A stretch of 64,000 bases of DNA from Heteronotia binoei (taxonomy: Eukaryota), in contig NC_083224.1 in the NCBI RefSeq assembly GCF_032191835.1, positions 122,760,001-122,824,000 on the forward strand, written 5' to 3'. The notes beneath the pieces are model-generated. The model did not search any database. It was not told where the DNA came from and saw nothing but the letters and a program-made list of their open reading frames with translations. Made by a program: the position numbers and the translations under genes. Positions 35,350 to 48,869 of this stretch are shown here, piece after piece (the first letter of the stretch is position 1; each line of letters opens with the position of its first letter).

Positions 35350-37361
35350 GTAATGGAAGCTGTAAAAGGTAAGAAGGAATCCTTTAAGCGGTGGAAAACC
35401 AGTCCAAGTGAGATTAGTAAAAGGGAACACAGGCTGTGGCAAATCAAATGCAAGACTGTGATCAGGCAGGCAAAAAGGGACTTTGAGGAGCATATTGCAA
35501 AAAACATAAAGACCAACAATAAAACTTTCTTCAAATATATTAGAAGTAGGAAACCAGCCAGGGAGGCAGTGGGGCCTTTGGATGACCATGGGGTAAAAGG
35601 ATTACTGAAGGAGGATAGGGAAATGGCTGAGAAGCTAAATGAATTTTTTGCCTCCGTCTTCATTGTGGAAGATGAGAACTTTTTGCCCGCCCCAGAACCA
35701 CTAATTTTGGAAGGGGTATTGAAAGACCTGAGTCAGATTGAGGTGACAAAAGAGGAGGTCCTACAACTGATAGACAAATTAAAAACTAATAAGTCACCGG
35801 GTCCGGATGGCATACATCCGAGAGTTCTGAAAGAACTCAGTTGAACTTGTGGATCTTCTAACAAAAATCTGTAATCTTTCATTGAAATCTGCCTCCGTTC
35901 CTGAGGACTGGAAGGTAGCAAATGTCACCCCCATCTTTAAAAAAGGTTCCAGAGGAGACACGGGAAATTACAGGCCAGTCAGTCTGACTTCAATACCGGG
36001 AAAGTTGGTAGAAACCATTATCAAGGACAGAATGAGTAGGCACACTGATGAACACGGGTTATTGAGGAAGACTCCGCATGGGTTCTGCAAGGGAAGATCT
36101 TGCCTCACTAACCTGTTACATTTCTTTGAGGGGGTGAACAAACATGTGGACAAAGGAGACCCAATAGATGTTGTTTACCTTGACTTCCAGAAAGCTTTTG
36201 ATAAAGTTCCTCATCAAAGGCTCCTTAGAAAGCTTGAGAGTCATGGAGTAAAAGGACAGGTCCTCTTGTGGATCAAAAACTGGCTGAGTAATAGGAAGCA
36301 GAGAGTGAGTATAAATGGGCAGTCTTCACAGTGGAGGACGGTAAGCAGTGGGGTGCCGCAGGGCTCGGTACTGGGTCCCATGCTCTTTAACTTGTTCATA
36401 AATGATTTAGAGTTGGGAGTGAGCAGTGAAGTGGCCAAGTTTGCGGATGACACTAAAGTGTTCAGGGTGGTGAGAACCAGAGAGGATTGTGAGGAACTCC
36501 AAAGGGATCTGTTGAGGCTGGGTGAGTGGGCGTCAACGTGGCAGATGCGGTTCAATGTGGCCAAGTGCAAAGTAATGCACATTGGGGCCAAGAATCCCAG
36601 CTACAAATACAAGTTGATGGGGTGTGAACTGGCAGAGACTGACCAAGAGAGAGATCTTGGGGTCGTGGTAGATAACTCACTGAAAATGTCAAGACAGTGT
36701 GCATTTGCAATAAAAAAGGCCAACTCCATGCTGGGAATTATTAGGAAGGGAATTGAAAACAAATCAGCCAGTATCATAATGCCCCTGTATAAATCGATGG
36801 TGCGTTCTCATTTGGAGTACTGTGTGCAGTTCTGGTCGCCGCACCTCAAAAAGGATATTATAGCATTGGAGAAAGTCCAGAGAAGGGCAACTAGAATGAT
36901 TAAAGGGCTGGAGCACTTTCCCTATGAAAAAAGGTTGAAACGCTTGGGACTCTTTAGCTTGGAGAAACGTCGACTGCGGGGTGACATGATAGAGGTTTAC
37001 AAGATAATGCATGGGATGGAGAAAGTAGAGAAAGAAGTACTTTTCTCCCTTTCTCACAATACAAGAACTCGTGGGCATTCGATGAAATTGCTGAGCAGAC
37101 AGGTTAAAACGGATAAAAGGAAGTACTTCTTCACCCAAAGGGTGATTAACATGTGGAATTCACTGCCACAGGAGGTGGTGGCGGCCACAAGTATAGCCAC
37201 CTTCAAGAAAGGTTTAGATAAAAATATGGAGCACAGGTCCATCAGTGGCTATTAGCCACAGTGTATGTGTGTATATAAATTTTTTTGCCACTGTGTGACA
37301 CAGAGTGTTGGACTTGATGGGCCGTTGGCCTGATCCAACATGGCTTCTCTTATGTTCTTAT
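35350..37361 (+). mobile_element. CR1 LINE, 5'-truncated, ORF2 RT with one frameshift near 35845
   Basis: ORFs 35353..35844 and 35849..37255: KSPGPDGIHPRVLKEL, NYRPVSLTS, YLDFQKAFDKVPH, GVPQGSVLGP, KFADDTK, LEYCVQFWSP; tail CTTATGTTCTTATG. Confidence 0.95.
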
Positions 37362-37852
37362 GTAAAATAATATAGATGAAAAATAACCATAAAATATAGC
37401 AGACACCATACCAGGTATAACATCTACAGATTTTTGTTCCACCTAAACTAAGAGGTTAGAAGAATTTTTTTTCAAAATGGCTGTTACTCAGTAAATGCCA
37501 TATTAGTTTTGGAAGGAGTTATTGATGCTACACATCAATCAATGTGATATTTATGTTACACAATTTTTACAAAGATTTTTTTCATTTATTTGGTTATAAT
37601 CATATCAGTATTGCTTTTCTTTCTGTTTATTACTATTTTTTATTTTTTATTATATTTATATCCCACCTTTCCCAAATGGGTTTAGAGTTTATGCTCCCAG
37701 TGTACCTATAAGCTACCAGTACTAGTGGTATCTTACCACAGGTGAAACTTAGTTTTCAAACCTTGAAGAAAATAACTTGGTCCAGTACATCTTATCCAAA
37801 AGTTGTATATTCCAACAGCTAACAGTGTCAACAGGCTACACTGATTTACACA

Positions 37853-37936
37853 CATAAGAACATAAGAGAAGCCATGTTAGATCAGGCCAATGGCCCATTT
37901 AGTCCAACACTCTGTGTCACACAGTAGCAAAAATTT

Positions 37937-37969
<33 letters not shown>

Positions 37970-38127
37970 TGTGGCTAATAGCCACTGATGGACCACTGCT
38001 CCATATTTTTATCTAAACCCCTCTTGAAGGTGGCTATGCTTGTGGCCGCCACCACCTCCTGTGGCAGTGAATTCCACATGTTAATCACCCTTTGGGTGAA
38101 GAAGTACTTCCTTTTATCCGTTTTAAC
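37853..38127 (-). mobile_element. Short CR1 3' end of the same family as 35350-37361, opposite orientation
   Basis: Reverse complement of about 37100-37361 with few substitutions; includes an expanded (TA)n(CA)n tract. Confidence 0.9.
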
Positions 38128-39051
38128 ACACACAACTGCCTTACACTGAACTAGACCCTTGGTCAGTCAAGGTCCAGATTGTCTGCTTAGGCTGGCAGTG
38201 TCTCTCCAGGGTCTCAGCCAGAGGTCTTTCATAACACTTACTGCCTGGTCCTTTTAACTGGAGATGCCAGGGACATTGAACCTAGGACCTCCTGCATACA
38301 AGCAGATGCTCTGTCACTGAGTTACAGCCCTTCCCAAGGCACTGTCTAGTCCAGACCACTCGGACAAGCCACAAGAGCATTGAGGTTTTAGTTTTTTGCC
38401 TAGCAGTTTAGTTTCATTTACAAGTAGTTTGCATGGCAAACTAATGAATTATGAGATCTGCACCAATGACAGTGTTCTCTTGGCTAGTAGCTCATAGCTC
38501 AATTCTGTACATTTTCTCAGAAGTGAATCTTACTGAGTTTAGTGGGACTTACTCTCAGGTAAGTGTATATAGGATTGGGGCCTCGGTCTTTTCAAAATGA
38601 TGTCGTTTTTTTCACGGGGAATGCATCAAGTTACTAATATGAACATTGCTAGCTCTGTATAATGCTAGATCTGTAAATTCATAGCAAGATCTGATCTTAT
38701 ACATGAGGAACAGGCAGACTTGGCTTGCTTGACTGAAACTTGGCTGGATGACTCTGATGTGGTCACTTTGATATGCCTGACACCACATATAAAGTCCTTC
38801 AACCTCAAACAGGAGGATGAAGGGGTAGTATTTCTTTTTTTGTGAATTTTTTTTCCCATCACTAAGTATCCAGAACAGATAGAGCCTTTGACTATGTGTA
38901 TCAATACTCCCTCTAAGCTGTGGAGTCTTGTGAGCACAAATTCTACTTCATGAACTACTGGCATTAAAGTTGTGAGTGAGCAATTCGGCTACTGCATAGA
39001 TTAGTTTGCTGTGGGGCCACCCTTCCTGAGCTAAGATAAAAATGTATGAGT

Positions 39052-40409
39052 TTACCAAAGCCTTCGATACCGTTAGCAGGAAAGGCCTGTGGCAAATCTT
39101 GGAACGTTTAGGATGTCCCCCAAGGTTCCTCAGCATGATCATCCAGCTACATGAAGACCAGCGAGGCCAAGTCAGACACTGCAACGACCTCTCGGAGCCC
39201 TTCCCAATAGGCACAGGTGTAAAGCAAGGCTGCGTTCTCGCGCCAACTCTCTTTACGATCTTCTTTAGCATGATGCTTCAAAGAGCCGCAGTAGATCTAG
39301 ATGATGACGATGGTGTCTACATCCGCTATCGCACCGATGGCAGCCTGTTCAACCTGAGGCGACTAAAGGCCCACTCCAAGACGATGGAAAAACTCATCCG
39401 AGAACTACTGTTTGCTGATGATGCTGCACTCGTCTCCCACTCGGTATCAGCTCTGCAGCATATGACGTCCTGCTTTGCAGAGGCTGCCAAGCTATTCGGC
39501 CTAGAAGTTAGTCTGAAGAAGACAGAAGTTCTCCACCAGCCTGCACCCCAGGAAGATTATCACCCTCCCTGCATCACTGTGGGTGAATTAGTTCTGAAGA
39601 CAGTCCAGCAGTTCAGCTACCTGGGGTGCATCATCTCCTCAGCTGCCAAGATCGACAAGGAGATTGACAACAGGCTGGCAAAGGCAAACCGTGCATTTGG
39701 CCGACTGCACAAAAGAGTGTGGAGCAACAAGCATCTGAAAAAAGGCACAAAGATCAATGTTTACAAAGCGGTTGTGATGACAACCCTCATCTACGGCTCC
39801 GAATCGTGGGTTTTATACCGTCATCACCTGCGACTCCTCGAGCGCTTTCATCAGCGCTGCCTTCGCTCCATCCTCAACATCCACTGGAGTGACTTTGTGA
39901 CCAACACTGAAGTCCTCAAGCGGGCGGAGGTTACCAGTATCGAGGCACTGCTGCTGAAGACGCAGCTGCGCTGGGCAGGGCATATTTCTAGGATGGAAAA
40001 CCACCGCCTTCCCAAGATTGCCCTGTATGGCGAACTCTCCACCGGCCATCGAAATAGAGGGGCACCAAAGAAGAGGTACAAGGACTCCTTGAAGAAATCC
40101 CTTGGCACCTGTCGCATCAACCATCACCAGTGGTCTGACCTAGCCTCAGATCGCAAAGCATGGAGACACACCATCCACCAGGCTGTCTCTTCCTTTGAGA
40201 ACGCATGCATAGCTGGTCTTGAGGACAAAAGGAGATTGAGGAAGAATCGCACTGCTACAGCACCAACCCTAAATCAGACTTTTCCCTGCAGCCACTGTGG
40301 CCGGACCTGCCTGTCCCGCATTGGTCTTGTCAGCCACCAGCGAGCCTGCAGCAGACGTGGACTATTGCACCCTTCTTAAATCTTCGTTCGCGAAGCCAAG
40401 CCGAGAGAG
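39052..40409 (+). mobile_element. RTE-clade LINE (AviRTE-like), 5'-truncated, open RT C-terminal frame
   Basis: ORF 39042..40379: TKAFDTVSR, GVKQGCVLAPTLF, YRTDGSLFNLRRL, LLFADDAAL, QLRWAGH, C-terminal CSHC..H..C; 3' end AAATCTTCGTTCGCGAAGCCAAGCC + (GA)n; candidate TSD ATGAGT (39046-39051, 40410-40415). Confidence 0.9.
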
Positions 40410-42737
40410 ATGAGTAGGAGGCTAAAAAGCTGCGAGCAAGCTTACACTAATTCAGCTTAGAGGGAATGTTGATGTGTACCCTGTTTTGGGCACCAGGATA
40501 GATTAGGGATCTAATTTGCCTTGGCAGCCATGTTAGTAACTAGCAATGCCTTGGTTTGGAGATGCTGAGGTCAAGGCTTTCCTCAGGCTTTTCTATTGAG
40601 TGGCCAAAATATTGTACAGGAGATTGATTCACTGATGGGACATCTGCATGACTACCCTTTGTCACAGGGACTTACAAAGCCAGGCTCTCACCTGAAAGTA
40701 ATTTCATTAGCAAATACAAGTCTATATGGGTCCAAAATCTAGCTACTATCAAACAGACAGGTGAGTCAGATTACCTTTTGCTAATCTTCCCTGACTGTCT
40801 CCTAGCCTACCAGTCTGCTCTAGGCATGGGGAATGCCTTCACCCTGCCAGTCCATTTGTCTACTTTGCCTGATGCAATTTTTTCTCCTTTTGTCATGCTT
40901 TTGTCTCCTTTTGTCATGCCACAGAGGCATGGGGAAAAGCATTCAACTTGCCAGCCCTTTAATCTATTCTGCCTAAATGCAATCCCTTTTTGTCAGCTTT
41001 CTGAGAACCTCCTCTTCCCTTTAACTCAGTCAGAGCAAGAATATCCATAGATTCTCTTCCTGGATTCACCCTGAATTCCTGGGCCTTATTTCTTAGAAAT
41101 TCTCTTGGGCTGCTTTGCCAGCCAAAACTGTGCAGTCTCATCCTCTCCACTTCAACAGAGGCTGCCAACTCCAGTTTCCTTATGTGGGATTTTGAGGCAT
41201 TTACTTGCCACACAGAAGCACCCCTCCATTCCCTTACCTTATTTGTCTTAGAACAAAGTTTGAGTCCAGTGGCACCTTTAAGACCAAGAAGGTTTTATTC
41301 ATGGTATATGCTTTCGTGTGTATGCACACTTCTTCAGATATTTTTCAGAGGTCTTCTCTTTCTTGGACAGATTCAGACTATTATGAGTGATTCCCCCCCC
41401 CCCTCCACCAAATCACATGATTAATTGTTAACAGCATATTTTTTGAAATATATATAATGTCATATTAAAATAATTTTAATATGGACTACTGTGTGGGCCT
41501 GGACCAGAGTCATCCCCATGCTCCCCCTGGCAAAATGAGAAATCTCTGCCTGTGTTGCAGATAGCCAGTATTTTTCTTCACTGGAATCAGATGTGCTGAA
41601 TTACTCTGTTCAAGCCCCAGCAAGAATTTCATGTAAATTTGCTTTTGAGGAAAGTACATTCAGTTTAGATTGAAACTTAACTTTAATGTGTATTTACAGC
41701 TGAGAGATCCCAATCTGCACTGCAGTGGCTCAGAGGTACGATTGAAAAGGGAAGTAATTTTAAAGGTCATATAATGAAGGTACGTGAATTGAGCTTGAGA
41801 TTTTTAATTGTATCTATTTTATGCTGAAATAGTAGACATTAGTGTTGAGAAACTCAATCAGGTCATCTAAATGTAACCCAATTTAGATCCTGAAAAATTG
41901 TTCCCTACTCTGTGTTCTTGTAGCGCACTATCAGTGCAGTTCATATTTTAATAACCTTAGGAAGAGAGCTTTTCTCTACTAAATAACTCTTGCATGCTAT
42001 GCTTTGAATAACACATTGGAAACATCCTCTGCACAGCTGCCCAGATAAGATATGGATAAGTAATGAAAGGATTGTGGAGCATAAACAAGTATTCATATTT
42101 GATAAAACTGGTTCCTGGAAAATTAACATTTATTCTCTGTTCCCTCATTGGCTAGAACTCACTTTCCTTTGTGTGTGCTAACAGTGGTGCTTAATTATTA
42201 TAGTGACACCAGTTTGCAGTAACTGGACTGTGTCCCTGTGGGGTCCTTCTTATGCCACTGTAATATGAAACTGTCAGGCAAGGCGGTCTGTGTATTATAA
42301 ATAGGGTACTTCATCCATGATAAGTGATTATTATCTTTCTTTCCCAAGTGTAAAAGGCCTATATAACTCAAGAAGGTGCGAGTGATTTAGGCCTCCTGAG
42401 TAAAGCTCCAATGAGTCCTGAAGGGGACCCTACCTCTGTTGTTGTCTTGTTATTGAACTTGAAATATTCAATTTATTATACTGGAATATATTTTCAGAAG
42501 TCAGCACTGGATAAAATAATGTTGCAGGCTGTTAGACCAACAGTACAACACGATTTAGTGCTCCTCTGTGATGGCCTTCTAAAAAACCCTCATCACCTTT
42601 GGTAAAGAAAAAATGATGACAGTTGGCATTTACTAACCATATGTGAGGAAAAGGCAGTGTGGAATAATTTCAATTATTTAAAAAGAAAATTTTCTTTCTT
42701 TTGGCAACTACTGCTTATAATCTACAGTAGCAGTAGT

Positions 42738-42871
42738 AGGGGTGGCCAACAGTAGCTGTCCAGATTTTTTGCCTACAACTCCCATCAGCCCCAGTCAGCA
42801 TGGCCAATGGCTGAGGCTGATGGGAGTTGTAGGCAAAAAACATCTGGAGAGCTACCGTTGGCCACCCCTGA
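42738..42871. mobile_element. Palindromic hAT-like MITE (~135 bp)
   Basis: TIRs AGGGGTGGCCAACAGTAGC / GCTACCGTTGGCCACCCCT plus inner inverted repeat TTTTTGCCTACAACTCCCATCAGCCCCA / GGCTGATGGGAGTTGTAGGCAAAAA. Confidence 0.75.
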
Positions 42872-43881
42872 TCTACAAGCCCATTATGTCCAAGCAAGTG
42901 GATTTAAATGTACTGGGTCCTGCTGAAATAGTTGTAGGAAGCAATCCTCAGTAGGTCTACTCAGAAGTAAGTCCTGTGTTATTCGATGTTGCTTACTCTT
43001 GGAAAACTGGGAAAGTGTCCTTAGGACTGCACTTGTAGTCACACACCCAGACTGTCACCCTATGTCAGAACACATTTATTTGGAAGAAAGGTTGCTTACA
43101 GGGGAGGTTGCTTTTATGCATAGGATATGTAGTCTATTACCTAGACTACTAAGTAGTCTACTATATATAGAAAAGCACTACTACCCCTTCAATTGTGGAA
43201 AAGTACAAGTTGTTACATAAGGGCTGGAATCCTAAGTACACTTACTTGAAAGTGAATTCCCTTGAATTTCATAGGACAATTCCAATAAACACAAATAAGA
43301 TCAGGCTGGAAGTTAGCATGTGAAGTTTGGCTCAAACACGTGAATGTGACAGTTCTTGCAAGAACCTCTTGACTCCAAATGCTGTGTTGGTGGAGCAGGC
43401 AAAAAATGACTGTACATCCTCCTTTACATGGCAGTACAGGATCCTTGCAGCCCACAGGAACACCAACTTCAGAAATTCAACTTCTTTTTTTTAAAATTGT
43501 TGCTGTACATTTTAAATTTGTCTTAGAAGCTGCTTGAGGTCTCCCCTTAGGCGCTATAAAAAAGGACATGCTTTACCTTTTCAGAACTCTTGCCCTGATG
43601 CCTGGAAGTTCAAGCACAACTCACAATTGTTATCATTTATTGCAGTTTCTTCAGTGTCCCTGTAAAATAAAGTTGGTAGAGGTTTTTAGAGCATTAGTCC
43701 CAGCTCATGTTGGATTGTGTCTAATTGTAAAAATACAAAGAGTTGTGGCCCATTAAAGACTAACAGATTTATTAAAACATAAGCTTTTGGAAGCAACTGA
43801 TGATCTGACATCATCAGATGTATTAGTGGCTCTAGTCCACAAAAATGTATGTTTCAATAAACCCATTAGTCTTAAGGAAAG

Positions 43882-44172
43882 GAAAGGTCCCCTGTGCAAG
43901 CGCCAGTCATTTCTGACTCTGGGGTGACATTGCTTTCACAACATTTTCACTTTTTATGGGGTAGTTTGCCATTGCCTTCCCCAGTCTTTTACACTTTCCC
44001 CCCAGCAAGCTGGGTACTCATTTTACCGACCTCGGAAGGATGGAAGGCTGAGTCAACCTTGGGCCGGCTACCTAAATCTAGTTTCCGCTGGAATAGAATT
44101 CAGGTCATGAGCAGAGAGTTCAGACCACCGTACTGCAGTACTGCTGCTTTACCACTCTGCACCATGGGGCCC
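43882..44172 (-). mobile_element. Sauria-type SINE, near full length
   Basis: Reverse complement of the 56235-56525 copy, including the tRNA-like head. Confidence 0.8.
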
Positions 44173-47028
44173 ACTAAATTCCATTTCCCTGCACTGCAGC
44201 AGACTAACAGCCCAGTGGAATTTGTGTTTAATTCTATATTCCTACATCTGCCAGAATGTGTCTCAATCTACTATAGTACCCAGGTTTCTGTGATTCAGGG
44301 GTTCATGAGCACACAAATTGATGTGGAATTTACTGAAGGCTTAGAAACAAGTGCATAATATTGATTTATGAATCAAATGTGTATCTTAAGGCAAAATTTG
44401 CATTGGTTTTGGTGATTTCAAAAATTCAAGTAAATTTCATCAAAATCCAAATTTCAGTTTAGTCAAATTCATTTCAAAAGATAAATCTTCACGACTGGCA
44501 TGTGCTTGCTCCTTACCTATGGTCATATGCATTTACCAGTCATGTGCAAAATTTGTCTTTCAGACTTTAGTAGATAATTTTGAAATTGTCCTTTTCAGTG
44601 ATATGCCAAATGCTAAAGCTGGCGGGATGCAACCAGCAGCATAGATTCAGTGTGAGGCGCTGCCCATAGAATGAGTAGGACCGGGTGCCGACTAGCAAAT
44701 GAACTTCTATGAAATTGGTGGAGAAATGCACAGTGATGTGCAGTGCAACTCGTGACTGAGGAAGGCATGGCCGAAACCGGTCTCCTGTTATTCCTTCTCC
44801 GAGGATTTATTTCCATGAAAAACAGTATTCTAAGTACTGGAGTCTGGACTGTATCAGAGAATTTTGTACACTGGGACTTTTTGCATTCTTTATGTAATTT
44901 TGTTGCATTGTGTCTTTAAATAATATTTCTTTAAGAATCTTGTAGGTGCTACTCGGATACATTGTAATTTTTGGCCAAAGCTGGTAGCTGGCATCAGATA
45001 TCCACAACTGATCACTAGAAGAAAACTGATATGTGCAAGATTTGCAGGTCTTTTTCATACAACAGTCATGTACCCAATAGTCAGTTCAAATGTTTATTTA
45101 GTGTGTTTTTATCCCTTCCTCCAAGGAACTCATGGTGGCATACTTGGTTCTGGACTGCTACATTTCATATTCATAACAACCCTGTAATGCATGTTAAACT
45201 GAAAGAGAATGACTGTTCCAAGCCTCATGACAGAGTAAGAATTTAAACTTGGGTCTCTCAGATTGAGACCCAATACTCTGACCATTACATCACATTGCAT
45301 GATGTATAGTCATACCGCAGTGGTTTGTGCCACTCTTAAAAGTGGTAAAACCAAGGAATCTGCAGACAGAGTCGAGCTTTCTACATGAAAAATACGATTT
45401 TATAAGTTAAGAAAAGAATATTTTAGAGGTCTGATAAGGAATGAACGCACTTCAGGAAACTTGGCATGTTAAGAGAGTCATTTAAAAAGTGGAAGATGGG
45501 ACGTAACACATTTGGCCAACTTGAGCCCTCAGAACTTATGAAATCTGGAGGGTTGGGGCAGGCGTAATTTTGAAATTATTTTATTTCTCCTATCCATGAT
45601 ACCTCAGATCCATTCTTCCCTCTAAGGGTTCAAGTAAATGTGACAAATATCATACATCTCCATCATCTATAAAATGTAAATTGCAGACTCTCACAGCTTT
45701 AATATGCTTTGGAGACCTGTGGGGAAGAAAGAAGTGGTTAACCCTTTATCTAGTGCTCAGTTTCAATTTTTGCAACCAGCTCTCCACTCTGCTTTAGCCT
45801 GTTTAAAAGAGCTGTCTTTTAAAAAAAATCTTTCCCCTGTTCAAACTGCTAATAAAGTGGGGGAGTCCTGTTTTGATGAGTGACTCTGAGTGGATATAGA
45901 TATAACTTCTTCTCCCTTCTCTATATGGCCCCCAATTAGCATACCTGTTTTTTGCCTCAACAGTAGACTTCATGGTCAACTGGTTATTATGAAAACAGAA
46001 AAGGGGACCCACCTGAAGACAAGGTTGAAGTGCCTGGATATTCAGGGGCCTCCTTAAATATTCAGAGTGATTGTCAGTTAGATGAAAGAAGATCTGTTAC
46101 TATAAAACAGCCTGATGAGGACTAAGCATGCTGTTTCCCTTTTGCATATTGAGTAATGTTGAGAGTCAGAAAAAGGGGTAAAAAAATAACAGGTGCCATG
46201 AGGAAATTGACCTGCTGGAGCTTCTGAGAGCTTGTCATATCCTTGAGGGACATTTGGGGGATTTCATAATGCTTTAATATGCTACCTCCTGTGATTCCTT
46301 GCAGGTTCCCAACTTATATTGCATAGCTTTTGTGCTGGCCTCTTCTAGAACTGCTACAATATGCTACAAAATAGTATTGTGAACTTACAAGAGGAGAAGA
46401 AGAGGACGACTTCTTGGGTTTTGGCCACTGTGTAGCACTGAGTGTTGGACTAGATGGGCCATTGGCTTGATTCAAATGGCTTTTCTTATGTTTTTAAGAA
46501 TTGTTGGTTTTTATACTCTACTTTTATCTACCTTAAGGAGTCTCAAAGCAGCTTAGAATGCCTTCCCTTTCTCTCTCCACAACAAACACTTTGTGAGGTA
46601 GATGAAGCTGAGAGAGTTCTGAGAGAACTGTGACTGGTCCAGTGTCACCCAGCAGGCTTCATGGGGAGGAGTGAGGAATCAAACCCAGTTCTCCAGATCT
46701 GAGTCAAGCACTCTTGGCTACTACACCATTCTGGCTTTGACTAGATGATTCTCAACATTTTCTTGATGACATAAACAGCTTTTCACTCATGAATTTGAGA
46801 TTACAATAAAATTGATACCTATGTCACTTAGTGGTTAATAGACATGTTAGAAAATTTCAGTCATGGACGTGGAAAAAACATTCCCAAAAATTTGTTTTAG
46901 AGTAGCAGAAGCATAGCAAAAACTCAGTGAACATTTTGTCAGATGGTACATTTGGACAGATGGTAATGAGATACTGAACTATGCAAATAAAAGAACCAGG
47001 TCCTAAATATGTTTGCATTATTCACAGA

Positions 47029-47215
47029 ATGGCCAGTGGTCAGGAGAGCAATGCATCCTTTTCTGGTGAACAGACAGCTGCTTCAGACAGTTCTCAAGTG
47101 AAAAAGTCTCATAATTATGAAGAGGAAATATTTTATAGGAACTGCAGAGCAGCCTACTTAGCTATCTTTAAAAGCAGTTTAGAAAACATTAAATCAAAAG
47201 AACAACTGTGTTTAG
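47029..47215 (+). CDS. EFCAB7: EFCAB7 first coding exon, 187 coding nt, MASGQESNASFSGEQ...EEEIFYRNCRAAYLAIFKSSLENIKSKEQLCL
   Basis: cacag|A ATG ... TTA G|gtaag; EEIFY.NCRAAYL..FKSSLENI.SKEQL is the recalled EFCAB7 N-terminus. Confidence 0.93.
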
Positions 47216-48869
47216 GTAAGTGCTTTTGTTTAAAATGTATTAATTTTTTAAAAACATTTTACCTAGTCTTTCTTATCATTCCATGGTGATTTTGGCTGGC
47301 TTTTTAAAACATTAAAACCAGTATAACAACTTACCACAGATAATAACATCAACACAAAATTCTAATATCCACCAAAAGCATGTCTTGCCACTAATTTTTA
47401 TTTACATTGAGGACCCATCTACATAAGACTGCTTACATTGTTTGTGAAGAAATGAAACAGAGTATAGGCCCTTCTTGGGAGGCTCTTCCAATGAACTAGG
47501 GCCACTACCAAAAAGGAGCAAGCCTGGATGGACAGACACCTAATAAACAAATTTAAATGAAGGCTCTAGCAAACGCCAAGAAGAATGGAGATGATCAGTT
47601 TAGGAAAATATGCTAGGACTATAGTGGTAGATTACTACATTTGTGTTTGTGTGTGTGTGTATACACACAGTTTTTCCTTACTGTAATAGCAGTTTCATGG
47701 AGGGAAATTCAGTCAGGAAGACAACATAAGAGATGGGATTAATAACCCGTGGCACAGTATTACACTTTTGACCTCAGGCTTCTTGTTCCCAAAGACATTA
47801 AAACTAGTATAACAACTTCCCACAGATAATAACATCAGTCTCTGGGAATGCTGGAGGCTGAAGAGTCCACTCAGGGTTCCTAGATCCCTGTTCTATGGGA
47901 TCTTCAACAGGAACCTACTGTTGGAGAGGAGGCAGGGAAGAGGCACCCCCCTTTGAAGAGCATGAAGTCTTGGGTGTAGTGGGGACCACTGGGGCCTCTC
48001 CTCACCTCAAGAATTTTTCTCTCCTTCTGTAGAGTCTTCCTCCCAGGGCTGTGCTAGGGCAAGTCTTGAGATTATCTACCATGTTGTGTACTCTACAGTG
48101 TCCTGTTTGTGTGGGACAGACTATTCACTATGGGACAGTGCTGCATCATAAGTTCTCTTAGAGCTTCCTTTTGCCAGAGGTCTTTCTTAAATCTGTTTTT
48201 TTTTTTAATCACCACTCAGCCTTACTTATTAAGGGGTGAGGGTGTAGTTTCCACTGAGGATTAGCCAGAGTAAGAGCCATTTTGCACATCTTTAATGCAT
48301 TCACAAAGGGTGTAATTCAAGAGCAGAATCCAACTCATCCTTCATAGAGGAACTGCCAAAAAGAGTAAGCTCAAATAATGACTGGGTTTCAGGAGAAGGA
48401 AACTGGGATGCAGTGCTGGCCCATAAGAGCCAGTGTAGTCTGAGCCACATGCATTAGCTCCTGCAGCATGTACAACATAATGACTGTACTGCTCATTCCA
48501 AGGAAAGGTCCCACCATGCCTATCGCAGCACCATCAAGCATCCTGTTCTTCCCCATGCTTTTGGTATGCAAGCTGTTGTTATTCTCACTAATGTTATCAG
48601 CAAATTAACTGCCTACATGTAATTCTCATGAACATGTTCTTTTGGTACTTTGATAATTTCAGAATCAAAATTCCTTCAAAATATTCTACAGTTTATAAAA
48701 CCTGTGTTCACATCAACTAATCTGGATTTTTAAAACAACTTGTGTGAACAGATGTTATCTGTCTTGTATGTGCTGTTCTTTCATCTTTGTCTCTAGGCTT
48801 ATGGCAAATTGGCCATGCTGGCTGGGGCTGATAGGAGTTGTAGGCAAAAAACATCTGGAGAGCTACTGT

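Noticed and set aside
35329-37369. Possible TSD TAAAATAA around the CR1 element
   Set aside because: Low-complexity AT motif, and the left copy is about 15 nt from the apparent 5' truncation point.
38948-39271. Minus-strand ORF MLKKIVKRVGARTQPCFTP (and the similar 36241..36591)
   Set aside because: Antisense reading of the conserved RT QG..L.P..F motif, a common artefact.
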